NCBI GenBank assembly: GCA_028534125.1
Contig: CM052817.1
Span: 32,924,001-32,988,000, forward strand
From: Lama glama
Taxonomy: Eukaryota
Reading direction: 5' to 3'
Length of the DNA: 64,000 nucleotides
Part shown: in pieces, positions 61,369 to 64,000 of the stretch
Position numbering within the stretch: the stretch's first letter is position 1
How the letters are laid out: each line of letters starts with the position of its first letter
Position numbers and translations under genes: made by a program
The notes under the pieces: model-generated
Told to the model about the DNA's origin: nothing
Database searches by the model: none
The model's input: the letters and a program-made list of their open reading frames with translations, nothing else

Positions 61369-62689
61369 ACTACATTCTAAAAATTTTAGCATTCCCAGCG
61401 ATGGCCCTGAGATTATTAAGAATCAGAAATACCGTCATAGTTGTGAAAGACTAAATTACATAAATAAATACATGTATATGTGCAAAGAGAGAGAAGTGGT
61501 TTCCTAATCTGATTATTTAATTAGTTATAACAACAATTTTTCTACCCAGACTAGTTAGCAAAATTTAATTGCCTTCATTAAATTAGGTGTTGAAAGGTCA
61601 TTAGGACTACATTACAAATGCCTATTATTAAAAAGATGCTTTAATAGGAATTCTGACAAAATATCCTGTGAGGATAAGACTTGGATGAGGGATGAATAGC
61701 TGGAGATGAACAAACACACAAGGTTCCCTGTGGAGTCACACATGAGCTCATCCAAACCAAGTATCAGGAGACCGTAGAAACTGAACTTCTGGTTTTATTT
61801 CAGCCTTATTCTGGGTCCTGAAAGTTTCCCCCAGACTTTTTTTTTTTTTCCAGTATTTCCTAGTATCTATCTTTTCCAGTGAGCATAAAGTATACCAATG
61901 TTGGAAGTGATTTGTAAAAGAACAGTTTGTAAGTTTCCATTAAAATCTCATGACTATGCAAATGCTCAGATTTTTAGCATTAATACTCATCACTACCCCA
62001 AACTGTGTTGCAGAATGAATCACGCAAGCTCACAGCTGTGAGATTAAGTACAGAAAAGACAGATCTCTACTTCTGGCATAACTTCAAATGCCTCATTGGA
62101 GACAGAGAAATGTCAAACACAAAGCTTACACTGAAGCACTGCAGCTCCAGGGACAGGGGAGAAACTCCCAATGCATTCTGTATGGTAAAATACTTAACAC
62201 ACTTCACCCCTCATACATTATAAAAAGGACTGGCTTGCAGAAACTCAGGATGAGTGACTTTATGGGGCTGCACTAGTCACTCCCATGTTGTGCAGAAACC
62301 CAGCTTGAAGAGCTGCACATCCAAATGCTGATGTTCCAATAAGACTTGGTGTGATCTGTGGCCCTATTCCTTTCTTTGACAGTGGTTACAACATTCCTGC
62401 TGCACTAATCCAAAGAGCAACTCACAGAGCTTCCAGAAAGATATTTTCCTTTTAATAACAGCTGATCTTTGAATTCCGAATGATGAAGGTTCCAGTGGAT
62501 TCTCATCCACAATACATGTGTAAAGTTTTAAACCTATTTGCTGACACAGAGGAAGTTACTAATGGAAGCATTATCTTTGATGCATTGCACACAGTCTGGC
62601 TGTACTGAGATACTTGTTTCAAATGAAAAAAAAAAGCATTGCTTTTAAATAGAAGTTTGAAATACATTGGTTGAAGTTAAAAGATACAA

Positions 62690-64000
62690 TGGTAGAGAAA
62701 ACTCTATTACAGTAACAATGAAAAAGGTAAACTTAAAAAGACCTTAAATAAGCTTGAGAAGGTTAAAACTCATATGAAAAACACTGTTCTAAAACAGCAC
62801 AATTGTAGATCTGAACAAATGTAAAGACACCCGGTTCTTGATTAGGGCATCTCAACATTATCAAAAAATACCCGTGCTCTCTAAGTCACTTTATTAATTT
62901 TGTGAAACCCCAATAAAAATACCAATGAGCCATTTTTTTTCTGGAACTAAACAAATTGAACTTACTAAGTATTGAATTTCATATGAAAAAATAACTGCAC
63001 AAGATTATCTAAGGAAAACAACGTAAAAAAAGAGCTGTGTGGGAGGGATAGCTAAAAGAAATATTAAAACCTACTACAAAGTCTCTAAAACTAAAACAGT
63101 GTGGTCTTGGACCATGAAGAGACTGACCAGTGAAACAGAACAGCAAGTCCAGAAGAGGAACTGACCACAGATAGAAATTAGTATATTATAAAGTGTATAC
63201 TAAAATGTGGGGATGAAGACGGACTTTTTAATACATGACATTGGGATAGCCATTTTAAAACTGATAAATTTTGATCTATTCTTCATGCTTCCCATAAGCA
63301 CAAACTCCAAACTGACCAGATATTTTACAAATAAAGTTGTGCAATTAATTTTTAAAATTGGTGAATTCCTAAATGATTCTTCTATAACCTGAAAGTAAAA
63401 AAGGCTTTCTAACTATGACTCAAAATCCAGATGCGATAAAAAGTGATTGACATATTTGACTATCTAAAAAAAATGCCTGGCAAAACACACTGTATGCAAA
63501 GCCAAAAGACAACAAATTAGAAGAAAACATTTGTAAATATATCCTAGATAAAGGACTAATTTATAAAGAACTTTAAAAAATTGATCAAAACCAGAACAAA
63601 AATCCTAGAGAAAGACATGCAAAGGACATGAATAAAAAATTCCCATAAAATATAAATGATACTAAAAGATGACAAGATGTTCAACTTCACTTAAAAGAGA
63701 AATGCATAATATTGAAATATCTTACCCATCAGATTGTCAAAAAATCAAAAGCTTGACAATACAGTCTTTTATGAGACTAAAGAGAAACAGGCCCTCTCCT
63801 ACATGGCTGGTGAGAAGGTAAAAGATTATAACCCCCACAGTGAGGAATTTGGTAATATCCAACAAAACTAAATAATTTATCCTTAACTCAGCAATACCAT
63901 GACCACAATTTATCCTGATCACATATCTCCAACACATATACATAGGATTATCCATTGCATTATCACTTATAATCACAAAATATTAGAAACTACCTAAATT
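62690..64000 (+). mobile_element. Old L1M ORF2-derived body (degenerate), runs off the window end
   Basis: aaaacctactacaaagtc...aaaacagtgtggt...gaccagtgaaacagaa...aagtccagaa, caaagccaaaagacaa, aagatgttcaacttcact, aactcagcaatacca. Confidence 0.85.

Noticed and set aside
1630..63422. About 16 TGA(C/G)TCA AP-1 sites across the window
   Set aside because: A rough mononucleotide expectation is about 8 and the mammalian TG/CA excess raises it; several sites are inside repeats. Enrichment is not established without a Markov background test.
1..64000. CRISPR array, operon, prophage, intact ERV or host-gene identity
   Set aside because: Eukaryotic repeat-rich DNA with no regularly spaced repeat-spacer array, only solo LTR relics, and no recognisable host exon from which to name the locus.

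Overview
Mammalian nuclear DNA, AT-rich and CpG-depleted, most likely from a camelid (three Vic-1-like tRNA-derived SINEs and two young artiodactyl-type L1 3' ends). It is intergenic or deep-intronic. I recognise no host protein-coding gene, RNA gene, CpG island or CRISPR-like array. A large part of the window is interspersed repeat: L1 (young and ancient L1M), L2, MIR, MLT1 and LTR16 solo LTRs, and hAT-Charlie and TcMar-Tc2 DNA-transposon relics. There are also microsatellites and a 500-N assembly gap. The only recognisable peptide is the L1 ORF2p C-terminus at 30172-30615. Points worth a second look: a nested L1-in-L1 insertion with a TSD; a 37-bp dispersed duplication at an L1 junction; a splice-site-bounded 89-codon open frame (52749-53013) just downstream of a promoter-like CpG/CCAAT cluster; other candidate cryptic exons; and several dense transcription-factor motif clusters in unique sequence. 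Repeat families were assigned by eye from remembered consensus sequences, so subfamily names and boundaries are approximate. I found no convincing novel biological system.
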